Shown here piece after piece: positions 47,015 through 59,565 of a stretch of DNA of 64,000 nucleotides. This DNA is from Takakia lepidozioides (lineage: Eukaryota; Plantae; Bryophyta), in assembly GCA_030704615.1 (NCBI GenBank), contig CM060732.1, forward strand, positions 58,900,001 to 58,964,000. Reading direction: 5' to 3'. Every line of letters begins with the position of its first letter. Positions within the stretch are counted from its first letter, which is position 1. The translations under genes were made by a program, and so were the position numbers. The notes beneath the pieces were generated by a model. That model did no database searches and was not told the origin of the DNA. It saw only the letters and a list, made by a program, of their open reading frames with translations.

Positions 47015-50000
47015 CACGATGTTGAGATCGAGGAGTGGAGGATGTACTGGTCACCCGACTATGTCTCCATCACTAGAGGCACTAGAGGCACAAGGGCAGC
47101 AGCCACACCGGCAGCTGCACCAGCAGGCGCAACAGCTACAACAGCAGCGTCCACGAGCAGTAGTGAGACTAGTGGTACAGCAACTACGACGTCCACCCAA
47201 GCTACTGCTGCACCAGCACTTGTGGCAGTGCCTGCCTTCAACCCTGTTGTGGAGTTCTTCGAAGAGTTGAAAAGGAACTACCAAGGGATGAGGACAGAGA
47301 AGTTGAGGAGCTTGCAAGAGTTCCAACGGAAGCCTACTGAGAGCTTGAGGGAGGCTTTCACTCGCATGAGGCGCTTGATAAATGTAACCCAAGAGGTTAT
47401 GGAGGCTCAGGCAGTCCAATTCTGGTACGGGATATTGGACAAGAAGCTGAGGAGAAGAGTGTGGGATGCAACTCTCCTACAAGCGGCCCAACCCACCTTA
47501 GCAAATGTGTTTTTGCTGGCAGAGCGGATAGAGCTCAACATGGTGGAGGAACGAGTGGTCATGGTGGGATTTGCTAAGGAGACACCACGGGGTAGTGGTG
47601 CTCCTAGCCAGCCACTACCTCAACGTGTTCAAGGCAATAAGGGGGCTCAGGTGAAGCCCAGGGAAGGACAGAGAGGACCTCAGATGCAGGGGTCTCTCCC
47701 TTCATTTGCTGGCCAACAACGGGCGGATGTGGTGTGCTGGACATATGGAGGACCCTATGTCAAGAAGGATTACCCAGAGGGAGGCAATGGTTTGGCACCG
47801 GCACAGCCTGCACAGTTGCAGTGTGGGCATTATGGCAAGTACGGGCATGGAGAGGCCCAGTGCTATGGTTTGCACCGTGAGTTGCGCCTAGGCCAGTTCC
47901 AAGGGAACAATGGTGGCCGGGGGCGAGGTGGAGCAGCCCAGAGAGGACGAGGTGGCAGGGCACGAGGTGCAGGCCAAAAGCAAGCTCAACATGGCCAAGG
48001 ACGCGGAGGTCAGGGTGGTGACCAAGGCATGGCCAACCGGCTTCAGCAGCTAGAGCAGAGGCTCGCTGCCATGGCCACAGATCAGGTGGTACCGACTCCA
48101 AGGCCGGATGGTCCACCTCCTGCTCCTGAGGGAGGAGACTTGGGAGGCATGGGATTCATGTGCAAGGCAACATTACCACTACCACTATGTGCGGGGCAGA
48201 ACTACCATTAGTGCAAGTGGAGTCAGTTGCGGCAGTGACTCGAGGAGCAGCATGAGTTCCTGAGCCACGGGGTACGGAGGTGGAGTTGGATCTACAGCAT
48301 GGGGAGGCAAGCCGTTATGCCAGGCTTCCTCAGTCATTCACATTGGTGGAGACAGTGTCGACATCGTCCATGACACCTAGTTCTTGCCTGACTGTTACCG
48401 AGGCGGAGGTTACTATGCCATTGGGGAGAGCTATACGGGCAGCACCACTATCTAGTATTGCAAAGGCTACGGCAGCTAGTGTACTGCTGGGAGCGGCCAC
48501 ATCTGTGTGCCAGGGTCCATTGTTCTCGGCTACCATGATTGCAACGCCAGGGGTGAGACCAGCTGAGGTGTTTAGGCTGGCAGCTACATTCTGTGAGAGT
48601 GGGGAGGTTACTTCATCTTCTGCGGAGATAGTGGGAGGTGTAGTGTCGGAGGGATCCTCGGATGTGAGGGTCAAGACTGCCACGGTGGCACCATGGCAAG
48701 CTACAGCTGCCAGGTTGATGGAGCTGTCAGCTAGGCCAGCCATTGAGTGCACCATGGTGACACCTGGAGTTGTGATGTTAGACAACCAGGATGGAATTTT
48801 CTATTTGAGTGGACCGGCAGCCAAGAGGTACCGGGCACTGCGAGTCTTGTTGGACTTGGGAGCTCAACCATTGATGTTGGGCAGAGCTGCTATTGCAGGT
48901 TTGGGCCTCACGGAGGCGGATATGGAGCCGTGCCCTTCCCAGATACAGACATCTCTGGGAGGATCAGAGCAGGTTCGGGGCATGACACAGCATGAGTTGG
49001 CTATCCGACTACAGCCGGATCATCCTACAGATGGCTTAGTGATGAAAACCAAGGTCATTGTGACAGACACGGTCTCGTACGATGTCCTTGTTGGTGGGGC
49101 AGTGTTGTACCCCATGGGCTTCACCCTGGATTTTTGGGAGGAGTCAGCTTCCTATAGGCCTGGATGGCAGTCACGGGAGGGCCGGCATGTGTAGCTCCTC
49201 GTGACGTTCATATGAGGAGTTGCGGTTGCCCAGCGAGGCAAGATGCCGACACTGGCAGCATTCACAGCTGCAGTGACTTGGCCTGGAGAGTTGTTGGATG
49301 GCAACACTCATTCAGATGATGTGTCACCTCTAGGAGAGCAGGATGACATGTATGGTATGGCGGAGTTGTCTGTCATGGTTGCTCACACTCCATTGTGGGG
49401 CTCGAGCAAGGATTTGCAGCGGGTTACTGATTGTCGTGTGCAACAAGCCTGGGTAGATGCTTTTGTACCATCAGGAGAGGAGGACAATGCGGGGATTGCA
49501 CCAGGACCACCTCAGTTGTCACCGTTGGACACCATACCGATTGTGTGGCAGTGTCCGGATGAAGGCATTTGCCTTCTGGACTTGTTTGGTGGGATCAGCA
49601 CCGGATTGGTTGTTGTGCTACAGGCAGGTGTACCGGTACGGCATTACCTGTATGTAGAGAGAGATGAGACTGCACGACACATCTCCTTATGCCATGTTGC
49701 TCAGTTGGGGCAGCAGTACCATGAGTTGTTGCCGGTGTCTGCAGTTCGTGGATATCAGCAGGCCTTGCCAGCAGACATCTCTTTGCTGGGGACGCAGGAT
49801 TTGGAGTGGGTTGGCTCCATTGATTTGGTAGTGGCAGGTTGGCCCTGCCAAGGGCATTCATTAGCCGGGCATGGCAATGGATTGCGAGACTCGAGGTTGG
49901 GTCTGTTTTGGGAGATGGTGTGGGTTTTACGTCACTTACAACTTCATCATGCTGTATCTCCAGCATACATCTTGGAGAATGAGCCACTGATGGGTGATTC

Positions 50001-52529
50001 TCGGGCCAAGGTGATGGCCAGTGTGCATTAAGTTCGGTCGTGGCTTGGGTCAGCAATGTTGCTGGATGCAGCTGCAGTGGGGTCACGGGCTCATCGTCCA
50101 CGGTTATGGTGGACTAACTTGATGTCACCCGCACTGCTCAAGCGTGCATTTGATGGGGTGCAGCGGCCAGCACACCTCACAGTGGATAGCATTTTGGACA
50201 CAAGGAGGCAGTCTCAGCGTGTGAGACACGATGACCGTCTGCCTTTGGCAGTGGTCAACAAGGTGGGTCAACCACGAGCAGCACTACCTACACTACTCAG
50301 CTTCCCAGGATCGCATGCTTTCCGGGATAGTGGACCTGGCCTCCTATGGGATGCTCAATTGCAGCAGTTAGTGGAGCCTAATGCCGACGAGCGAGAGCGG
50401 GCTATGGGCTTTTCCACTGGGACCACGGTGGTGCCTTCTCTTTCTGAGGTATCACGTCATCAGGTGTTGGGGCCAGCGATGGATCTCAATTGCTTGATCT
50501 GGATTATCAACTTGGCTATGGCTGAGCAACGTAGAGTGCGGAGTGCACTTCCCTTGACGGTCTCTCTGCCTACCGAGACGGTACAGGCAGTGAATGGGGG
50601 CGTGCCGGTGAGGACCACGGGGTGTAGACATCCATGGCACACGTAGGAGGTGCTCGAGGTTCAGATGGAGTTGGCAGGCAAGGCGGTTGTGATGGATGAG
50701 GTTGGGGATTCTTCTCGGATTGAGGAGGTCCTCAATGATGAGACGATGGGGCAGGATGAGGCCTTGTCATTGACTGAGCAGGCAGGGAGTACTGCTCATG
50801 AGGTTGCGGCATAGCAACCACGAGACGCGTCTCCTAACTCTAAGTCTGCTGGACTTAAGGTTGCAGTTATGGAGGACAATTGGGAGCCTGACATTGGACC
50901 CATTAGCACTGGAGGAGAGAGACGATGTATACGGCGGTTCCTGAGGGCTTACAGGAATTGCTTTGCCTTCAGTTTTAAGGATCTGGGAGCATTGAAGGAT
51001 CAGGAGATTCGGCCACGGACACGCCAATCTTTCGGAGATCCTATAGATACAGTGACATGGAGAGGTCTTTGATTCAGATGAGGACTCAAGATTTCTGCGA
51101 GGCTGGTTTGGTGGAGCTCTCTGGTGAAGAGTATACTTCAGCCACGATGCAAGCCAAGAAGGATGTCTATGGCAATTGGACGGAGAGACGTATGTGCGGT
51201 GACTACCAGCCTGTAAATCGTCAGACCAAGTCCGATAAGTATGCCATGCCCAAACCTGAGGAGATCTTTGATGCCATTGGGCATGCCAAGGTCTTTAGCA
51301 CTTTGGACTTGCGGTCCGGATATCACCAGTTGCCGATCAAGGAGGCGGACAAGCAGAAGACGATATTCTGGGGGATCAATGAGCACGGGTAGGATTGTCT
51401 TTTGCTCGGTGCTACATAGATGACATCATCATCTTTAGTGTTACGGTGGAGGAGCACGAGAGACACCTTCAGGTGGTGTTTGAGCGCTTGAGAGCGCACG
51501 GATTGAAATTACATCCGGGGAAGTGCAAGTTCTTCCACAACCAGATTGAGTATCTGGGCCACATGATATATCTTGGAGGATTGGGGGTGCAACAGATTAA
51601 GGTAGAGGCCATCGCATAGATTCCACGTCCCATGGATGTGAGCCGAGTTCGAGCTTTCATGGGGTTGGCAAACTACTATAGACGGTTTGTCAAGGGATTT
51701 AGTGCTATTGCAAAGGCTCTAACCAAGCTGACCAAGGTAGACTAGGAGTGGCAGTGGGAAGATGAGCAAGAGCGAGCTTTTCAGGAGCTCAAGGCGAGGT
51801 TGACCTCGGCGCCCATCTTGAGATGACTTATCAAGGGGTGTCTCTTTCAGCTGCATATAGATTGGAGCATGTTGGGGCTTGGAGCGGTGCTCACACATGT
51901 GGATGATGAGGGAAGAGAGTTTGTAGTGGCTTATGCTAGCCGCTTGAACAATTTTGCAGAGTCTAAGTATAGCTCATATGAGGGGGAGTGCTTAGCTGTA
52001 GTGTGGGCCATGGCACACTTCATGTGCTATCTATACGGCAATCTCTTCACCCTTGTCACGGATCACTAGCCACTCAAGTGGCTGATGGAGTCAGACAAGC
52101 TTACGGGGAAGCTTGCACGGTGGGCACTTATACTCCAAGAGTATGACTTTCAAGTTGTGCATCGACCGGGTTTGGTCAATAGGGATGCGGACGGATTAAG
52201 TCGCAATCCATGCACGAGCCAGCAGGATGACACTGGAGCTCGGTGGCATGGTGAGACGGACGAGGAGATGGTGTCGGGATGGCATGCATCTGCCTTTTTG
52301 TGTATCTTGGCATCGGGAGGTCAGGTTGGACCTACAACAGGGATCACTGTAGACGGAGTGTCTGAGGACCCTGAGGCTAATGATGAGTCAGGTGATGCCA
52401 GAGATATACATGAGGATTCGGTTGTGTTGGACTACCTCCGCATTGGAGACACAACAGCTAGTGTGACTGCCAAGGAGAGGGATCAGATCCTGCAACGAGC
52501 CAAGATATTCAAGTGGATGGGATACACCT
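47015..52529 (+). pseudogene. Copy 1 gag-PR-MTase-(TAG)-RT-RH polyprotein, decayed
   Basis: ORF fragments 47042-48211, 48280-49194, 49243-50031, 50056-50646, 50869-52529. LLDLGAQ (protease, mutated), LDLFGG/GWPCQG/ILENE/AHRPRLWWTNL (MTase), YIDD (RT). 29-nt duplication at ~48148, deletions at ~51010 and ~51400, many nonsense codons. Confidence 0.9.
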
Positions 52530-52950
52530 TGTCATGGTTTTAGTCATGGTTATCTAGAATTACCTACTTCTAGTTAACTAGGACATTTTAGATATTTATA
52601 TTTATATTTTGTGTGTTGGGACTTCATTTGGTCTCACATGCCAAGTGAGGTGTCGAGCCTCACTTGAGACATGGAGATAGGTTTTCCCCTTGTGAGTATT
52701 GAGGAGGCTCATCTTCTTGTAGTTGAGCCTCCATGAGCTTCTCTCACCTCCATAGCTCTAGGTATTGAGAGGGAGTGAGTTGAGGGCTTTGTAGGGTGGA
52801 TTCCTTTAGCAAAGGTGCCATTGGCTTGACTTAGTTTATGTGATAGAGTGGATTTCAGTTGGAAGGACTAGGGCTTGTTCTTCATGTGATTGCTTCATGC
52901 TTTGAGAGCTTTCATTGTCTTCTACTTCTCTCATTTCTCATCTTTTATCA
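52530..52950 (+). repeat. Terminal repeat A1 (421 bp)
   Basis: Matches 63043-63463 with about 7 substitutions (by eye); TGTCA...TATCA. Confidence 0.95.
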
Positions 52951-52962
52951 CTACAAGAAGAT
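52951..52962 (+). promoter_or_regulatory. Self-priming primer-binding site
   Basis: CTACAAGAAGAT is the exact reverse complement of ATCTTCTTGTAG at 52711-52722 in the LTR. No TGG-type tRNA PBS at this position. Confidence 0.8.
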
Positions 52963-54182
52963 CACCTTATGCTTGTGAGTGCGGAGTGTAAAGATTAGTT
53001 TTGCACTTGTATTTTAAAGAGGTTGAGAGCTAGGAGAATTTAGCTCTTGTATCACAAGGCTTGCAAGGGGTTGCAAGGAAAGGTGCTCGAGTATTGCATG
53101 CACCAAGGAGTTGGAGAGCTTGAGAAGAAAGCTCTTGAGTCACAAGATTTTGCAAGGATTGTAAGGAGGAAGTCTTGTGGAGAGTGACTAAAGGCTTGTT
53201 AGTGTTCATTTCACTATCAAGCTAGGGTTAAGCAAGTTCAAAGTGTGGATGTTGTGGAAGAGAAGCCAATGAGCTATATATGCTTGGGCTTGAAGACAAT
53301 AAGGGCAAGCACTTGGAGAGCACTAAGAAGCTCAAGAGGTTTTGAAAGGGAGCATGTGAAGAAATCTTCCAATCATGGTGGTGTTGAGCCAAGCTTAGGG
53401 TGCCATTGGAAGGGCTTGGAGAACATGTGGTGGGAAATCCTTGAAGGGAAATCATCATTCAATGTATGCATAGCTTCACCCTAACTATGTAATGTGACAA
53501 GAGGGGGAGGCAATACTTGGCTATTCATGCTCTTGGTAGTGCGAGCTTTGTGGTGGATAGTTGACCAAGCAAGTGGTGCATGTGTGGAGCATGCTCGCTT
53601 GAGTTTGTAAGTTCAAGTTTGAGAAGGGGAGCTCTTGAACTAGCAAGAGGTGAAGGCCTTTGAGATCCATTTGTGTGTGAAGTGGAGAGGTGTTGATTCA
53701 TGTTATGATGAAGGAGAGCAACACATAGGCCAAGAGGTCATGAAACATGCATTCAAATGACCACGGGGAGCACATGGATGATGGATTGGTGCAAGACCCC
53801 AAATGAGGCATATGGCGTGAGAGTGGGATCCAAGGCGGATTGCTTGGGAGCATTATTGTAAGTGACAAACATTGCTCCTACACATTGAGATAATTTGTGT
53901 TGATTTGGAGCAATTGTCAAGTGATGAGGAGACAAATGCATTATTGCTTGGCAATGGAGATATGGTAGTTTGCAATCAAATCCCAAGGACTAGAAGGGGG
54001 ATTGATTTGGTGGACAGTGACTTGCAAGTTGAGTTGGACCACTCTTGGTTGCACATTGGGGTGGAAGAGAGCAAGAAGATGCCTCTTATGACCACCTAGA
54101 GACCATATTTTTGCTTGAGTAGAAGCATAGAAGTCAAGGACTTGCATTCTAGCTCTTCATTACAAATCCTAGTAGAGTATGC

Positions 54183-54577
54183 TCAGACTATACCTCTGTT
54201 AGTATACCAAACAGGAGCTTGTCCCTTTGACTATACCTCTGTTGAGGTATCACCATATGTGAACCCTAATGTGAGACTATACCTCTGTTAGTATACCAAA
54301 CAGGAGCTTGTCCATTTTACTATACCTCTATTGAGGTATCACCATATGTGAACCCTAATCAGCTCAGACTATACCTCTGTTAGTATACCAAACAGGAGCT
54401 TGTCCCTTTTACTATATCTCTGTTGAGGTATCACCATATGTGGACCTTAATCAGCTCAGACTATACCTCTGTTAGTATACCAAACAGAACCCTCATTTTC
54501 AGACTATACCTCTGTAAAGGTATCATCAACATAAGGGACCCTAGCAACCTCAGACTATACCTCTGTTAAGGTATCAA
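54183..54577 (+). repeat. Tandem array of 9 hairpin-forming ~22-nt cores (~45-nt spacing, ~90-nt dimer period) in the 5' leader of copy 2
   Basis: ACTATACCTCTGTT(AG/GAGG)TAT near 54186, 54229, 54275, 54319, 54367, 54411, 54459, 54502, 54553. Confidence 0.9.
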
Positions 54578-54603
54578 CAGTGAAAGGACTTAGTGAAATT
54601 TAA

Positions 54604-54727
54604 GGGCCTTTGGAGGATTGTTTGGAAGATATTTGAGGGCCCTTGGAGGAGTATTTGGAGGATCTTTGGGGTCCTTGGAGGAGTGTTTGGAGGATCTTTG
54701 GGGTCCTTCGAGGACCCTTCGAGGAGC
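54604..54727 (+). repeat. Short ~33-nt tandem repeat in the leader
   Basis: CCTTGGAGGAGT.TTTGGAGGATCTTTGGGGT repeated 2-3 times. Confidence 0.75.
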
Positions 54728-55307
54728 TTTGGTGGACAATGTTGAAGAGCTCTTGAAGGATTGATTGAGGGATATTGAAGGATACTTGCCACGGCCATAC
54801 AAGCGAGTGGATAGAGACAGGAGGGAGAGTGGTGGGATGAGAGCATTCTGGGGTTAGGAATTGCTTTAGTTTCTCTTCTCCATAGTCTTTCACCCTCTCT
54901 GTAGGCCAAAACCTTTCCGTAGGTGGAGGCAAGAGTCAGTCCGGGTTTGGGCTGGGGTGTCCTTGCAGGAGCGACACTGTGGAGTGTTTTTGGTGTGGGG
55001 GAGTTGCTGTCTTGATTTTCTTGTGTTTGGATCCCCTCCACACCTGCATGCTTGACTGTGTGCCATGTTAGCTTTATGTGAGCACTTGTTTTCATAGGAG
55101 GTTGGTCCGGATTTGATCACCGGCCAATCCTAGAGTATGCTGTCGGTGGTGAGGCTGGAGTGATGACCAGCAAGACCACCAGTGTTTCTTCTATGGTGAG
55201 GCTGGGTTGATGACCAGCAGACCATAGGAGTGCTTGCGGTGGATGCAGGTGCAAGTACAGGTCTAAGTTAGAAACCTATTATTCCTGCATGAACCAGTAG
55301 CCGCAAC

Positions 55308-58300
55308 ATGTTCTTTACCCGGTTACCTTGTAGAAAGTGGGGATTAGAGACAAGTTGACAACCGGTTGGGTTGTGAGTTTTCATCACGGAGGTGCCACCA
55401 ACTGCTGAGGGGAGTGCCGGTACAAGCACCATCGATACTAGTGGGTACACAAGACAAGGTGTGCGGTTTAGGCCACTTTCACCTTCAGTGTCTTCTGATG
55501 AAGGTTCAGACTCGGAGTCAGGAGGATTCTCGCCGAGGGTGCAAGTCATTTCCGTGCCATTGTTGTGGGACACGATGGAGGAGATGTATGGAGCTACCAA
55601 GGGGCCACGTAGGTACTCTGGAGCTGTGGGCACCATCGAGCTTGATGACTTTATACAAGAGTTTGACAGTTGGTGTGATTTGCAGCAAATGTGCAATCCA
55701 CAACTGTTTACGCCCTTTATGGCGTGGAAGGGGCTATTCCAGCACCTTGAGGGGCCACCCATGGATGATTACCATGAATTTAGGCAGGGACATGCGGTGG
55801 AGATTGAGGAGTGGCGAAAGTATTGGTCACCTAACTATGTCTCAATCACTAGAGGCACAAGGGCAGCGGTAACACCAGCAGCTACACAAACATCTCCAAC
55901 TACAAGCACTAGTAGTGGAACAAGTAGTGCCGGCACTTCTGCAGGTGGTACCAGTTCAAAAGGTGCTACTACTCCTCCTGCCACAATTACAACACATGTG
56001 CCTAGATTCAACCCGGTGGTGGAGTTCTTCCAGGAGTTGAGGAGGAACTACCAAGGTGTACGGACAGAGAAGCTGCGAAGTTTGCAAGACTTCCAGCGCA
56101 AATCCAGTGAGAGCTTGCGAGAGGCCTACACTCGTATGAGGCGCTTGATAAGTGTGACCCAAGGGGTTACTGAAGCTTAGGCAGTCCAGTTCAAGTATGG
56201 AATTTTGGACAAGGAGCTCAAGAGAAGGGTGCAAGATGCAACCCTGTTACAAGCGGCTCAATCCACATTAGCGGATGTGTTTCTGCTGGCTGAGCAGATT
56301 GAGCTCAACATAGTGGAGGAGCGAGTTGTTACCATTGGATTTGGCAAGGACATGCCTGCACGAGGTGCAGCTGCCAGCCAACAGGTACAAGGGACTGCCC
56401 AACAGCGTGGTCAGGGGGGCAAGGTTGCCCAACCCAAGTTCCATGGAGCTTACAGGGGACCTCAGGTGCAGAGGCCCGTGGCAACTTTGGCAGGCCAACA
56501 GCAACCAGGGGTGATATATTGGACATGTGGAGGACCCCATGTCAAGAGAGATTGCCCAGAGAGTGGCAGAAGGCCGGCACAAGCACAGCCTGCACAGTTG
56601 CAGTGTGGGCATTGTGGCAAGTATGGGCATGGAGATGCCCAGTGTTATGACTTGCACCCTGAGTTGCGCCCAAGCCAGTTCCAAGGGAACAATGGTGGCC
56701 GGGGGCAAGGTGGACCAGCCCAGAGAGAACGAGGTGGTCGGGCACGAGGTGCAGGCCAAGGGCAAGCTCAACATGGCCAAGGACGCAGAGGTCAGGGTGT
56801 TGACCAAGACATGGCCAACCGGCTTCAGCAGCTAGAGCAGAGGCTCGCTGCCATGGCTACAGCTAAGGTGGTACCGGCTCCCAGGCGGGATGGTCCACCT
56901 CCTGCTCTTGAGGGAGGAGATATGGGAGGCAAGGGATTCATGTGCGGAGCAGCACTACCACTAGTGCAGGTGGAGTCTGCTGCAGCCGTGACTCGAGGAG
57001 CAGCACGAGTTCCTGAGCCACGAGTGCAGAGGTGGAATTGGATCCACAGCGTGGGGAGGCAAGCCGTCAGGCAAGGCTTCCTCAGTCATTCACATTGGCG
57101 GAGACAGTGTCGACGCCATCCATGGCACCTAGTTCTCGCCCGACTGTTACCGAGGCGGAGGTTACTATGCCATTGGGGAGAGCTACACGTGCAACATTGA
57201 CACCTGCTACCAAGGCTAGTGCAGCCGGTGTGTTATTGGGGGCAGCCACCTCTGTGTGTCAAGCCCCACTGTTCTCGGCAACCATGATTGCGACACCGGG
57301 GGTAAGACCAGCTGCAGTGTTCAGACTAGCAGCAACACTCTGCGAGAGTGGGGAGGTCACTTCATCTTTTGCGGAGTTACTGGAAGGTGTAGTGGCAGAG
57401 GGATCCTCGGATTTGAGGGTCAAGACTGCCACGGTTGCGCCATGGCAAGCTGCAGCTGCCAGGTTGACGGAGCTGCCAGCTAGGCCAGCCTTTGAGCGCG
57501 CCATGGTGACACCTGGAGTTGTCTTGTTAGACAACCAGGGAGGCATTTTCACTTTGAGTGGACCGGCAGGCAAGAAGTACCGGCCACTGCGGGTCTTGTT
57601 GGACTCAGGAGCTCAGCCACTGATGTTGGGCAGAGCTGCTATTGCAGGTTTGGGCCTCATGGAGGCGGATATGGAGCCTTGTCCTTTCCAGATACAGACA
57701 TCTCTGGGAGGATCAGAGCAGGCTCGGGGCATGACACGGCGTGAGTTGGCCATTAGACTACAACCAGATCATCCTGTAGATGGCTCAGTGATGCGAGCCA
57801 AGGCCATTGTGACAGACGCGGTCTCTTACGATGTCCTTGTTGGTGGGGCAATGTTATATCCCATGGGCTTCACCCTGGACTTTTGGGAGGAGTCAGCATT
57901 CTACAGGCCTGGATGGCAGTCAGGGATGGTCGTCGTGCACAGCTCCCTGTGACATTCATTGGGGGTATTGCGGCTGCCCAGCGGGGCAAGATGCCAATAC
58001 TAGCCGCCTTTACAGCTGCAGTTAGTTGGCCTGGAGAGTTGCTGGAAGGCAATGCCCATGCAGAGGATGTGCCACCTCCAGCAGAGCAGGATGACATGCA
58101 TGGTACGGCGGAGTTGCCTGCCATGGTTGCTCACACTCCATTATGGGGTACGAGCAAGGATTTGCAGCAGGCTGCTGATGAACGGGTACAACAAGCCTGG
58201 ATAGAGGCCTTCGTACCGTCAGGAGAAGAGGAGAGTGCGGTGATTGCACCAGGACCACCTCAGTTGTCGCCATTGGACACCACACCTCTTGTGTGGCAGT

Positions 58301-59565
58301 GCCCGGATGAAGGCATATGTCTTCTGGACTTGTTTGGCGGGATCAGCACTGGATTGGCTGCAGTACTGTAGCCAGGTGTACGAGTTTGACGTTACCTGTA
58401 TGTGGAGAGGGATGAGACTGCACGACGTGTCTCACTGTGCCATGTTGCTCAGTTGGTACAGCAGTACCCTGATTTGTTGCCATTGTCTGCAGTTCGTGGA
58501 TACCAACAAGCCTTGCCAGCCGACATTTCGATGTTGGGGGCGCAGGATTTGGAGCGGGTTGGCTCCATTGATCTGGTAGTGGCAGGTTGGCCCTGCCAAG
58601 GGCATTCATCAGCCGGGCATGACAATGGATTGCGAGACTCGAGGACGGGTCTGTTTTGGGAGATGGTGCGGATTTTGCGCCACTTGCAGCTTCATCAAGC
58701 TGTATCTCCAGCATACATCTTGGAGAATGTGCCACTGATGGGTGATTCTCGGGCCAGGGTGATGGCCAGTGTGCATCAAGTCCGGTCGTGGCTTGGATCA
58801 GCAGTGTTGCTGGATGCAGTTGCAGTGGGGTCATGGGTTCGTCGTCCACGACTATGGTGGACTAACTTGATGCCACCCACACTGCTCAAGCGTGCATTTG
58901 ATGGGGTGCAGCGGCCAACACACCTCACAGTGGATAGCATTTTGGACACAGGGAGGCAGTCTCAACGTGTGAGACACGATGACCGTTCGCCTTTGGCAGT
59001 GGTCAACAGGGTGGGTCAACCATGAGCAGCATTACCTACACTGCTCAGCTTCCCAGGATCCCATGCTTTTCGGGATGGTGGACCTGGCCTCTTGTGGGAT
59101 AGTCAGTTGCAACAATTAGTGGAGCCCAATGCTGACGAGTGCGAGCGGGCGATGGGTTTTACCACAGGTACCACGGCGGTGCCATCTCTTTCTGAGGCAT
59201 CACGTCGTCAGGTGTTGGGGCAAGCAATGGATCTCAATTGCTTGACCTGGATTATCAGCTTGGCTATGGCTGAGCAGTGCAGAGTACGGAGTACACTTCC
59301 CTTCATGGTCTCTCTGCCTACCGAGACGGTACAGGCAGCGAGTGGGGGCGAGCAGGTGAGGACCACGAGGTGCAGGCCGCATCCATGGCACACGTGGGAG
59401 GTGCTCGAGGTTCAGAAGGAGTTGGCAGCCAAGGCGGCGGTGATGGATCAGGTTGGGGATTTTTCTCGGATTGAGGAGGTCCTCAAGAATGGGATGATCG
59501 GGCAGGATGAGACATTGTCACTGACAGAGGAGGTAGTGGTCACTGCTCAAGAGGTTGCAGCATAG
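55308..59565 (+). pseudogene. Copy 2 ORF1: Gag - 2 zinc knuckles - aspartic protease - C5 cytosine methyltransferase
   Basis: Likely start ATG 55308 (in frame with ORF 55392 through two TGA). Knuckles (Y/C)WTCGGPHVKRDC and CGHCGKYGHGDAQC; protease RVLLDSGAQ...YDVLVGG; MTase at ~58312-59270. Lesions: TAG 56178, 1-nt deletions ~57024 and ~57922, stops 58369, 58387, 59023, each open in copy 1. Confidence 0.9.
58312..59270 (+). other. DNMT3-like DNA (cytosine-5) methyltransferase domain within the retroelement polyprotein
   Basis: Motifs in canonical order: I LLDLFGGISTGL, II YLYVERD, III ADI, IV DLVVAGWPCQGHS, V DSRTGLFWE, VI YILENV, VIII RPRLWWTNL, IX ERAMGF, X RRQVLGQAM. Homolog in copy 1 at ~49564-50520. 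Confidence 0.93.

Noticed and set aside
53228-54147. Extra ORF (env-like or antisense) in the copy 2 leader
   Set aside because: Only short stop-interrupted frames with no recognisable motif on either strand; an old decayed ORF cannot be excluded.
54183-54577. CRISPR array
   Set aside because: The spacers are themselves repeated (dimeric period), there are no cas genes, and it lies in a eukaryotic retroelement leader.
57000-57050. Programmed gag-pro frameshift
   Set aside because: The frame change comes from different private lesions (a 1-nt deletion in copy 2, a 29-nt duplication at ~48148 in copy 1); the consensus is in frame.
58312-59270. Host DRM/DNMT3 gene or bacterial contaminant
   Set aside because: Intronless, fused in frame to the protease in two element copies, and contiguous with intron-rich plant genes.
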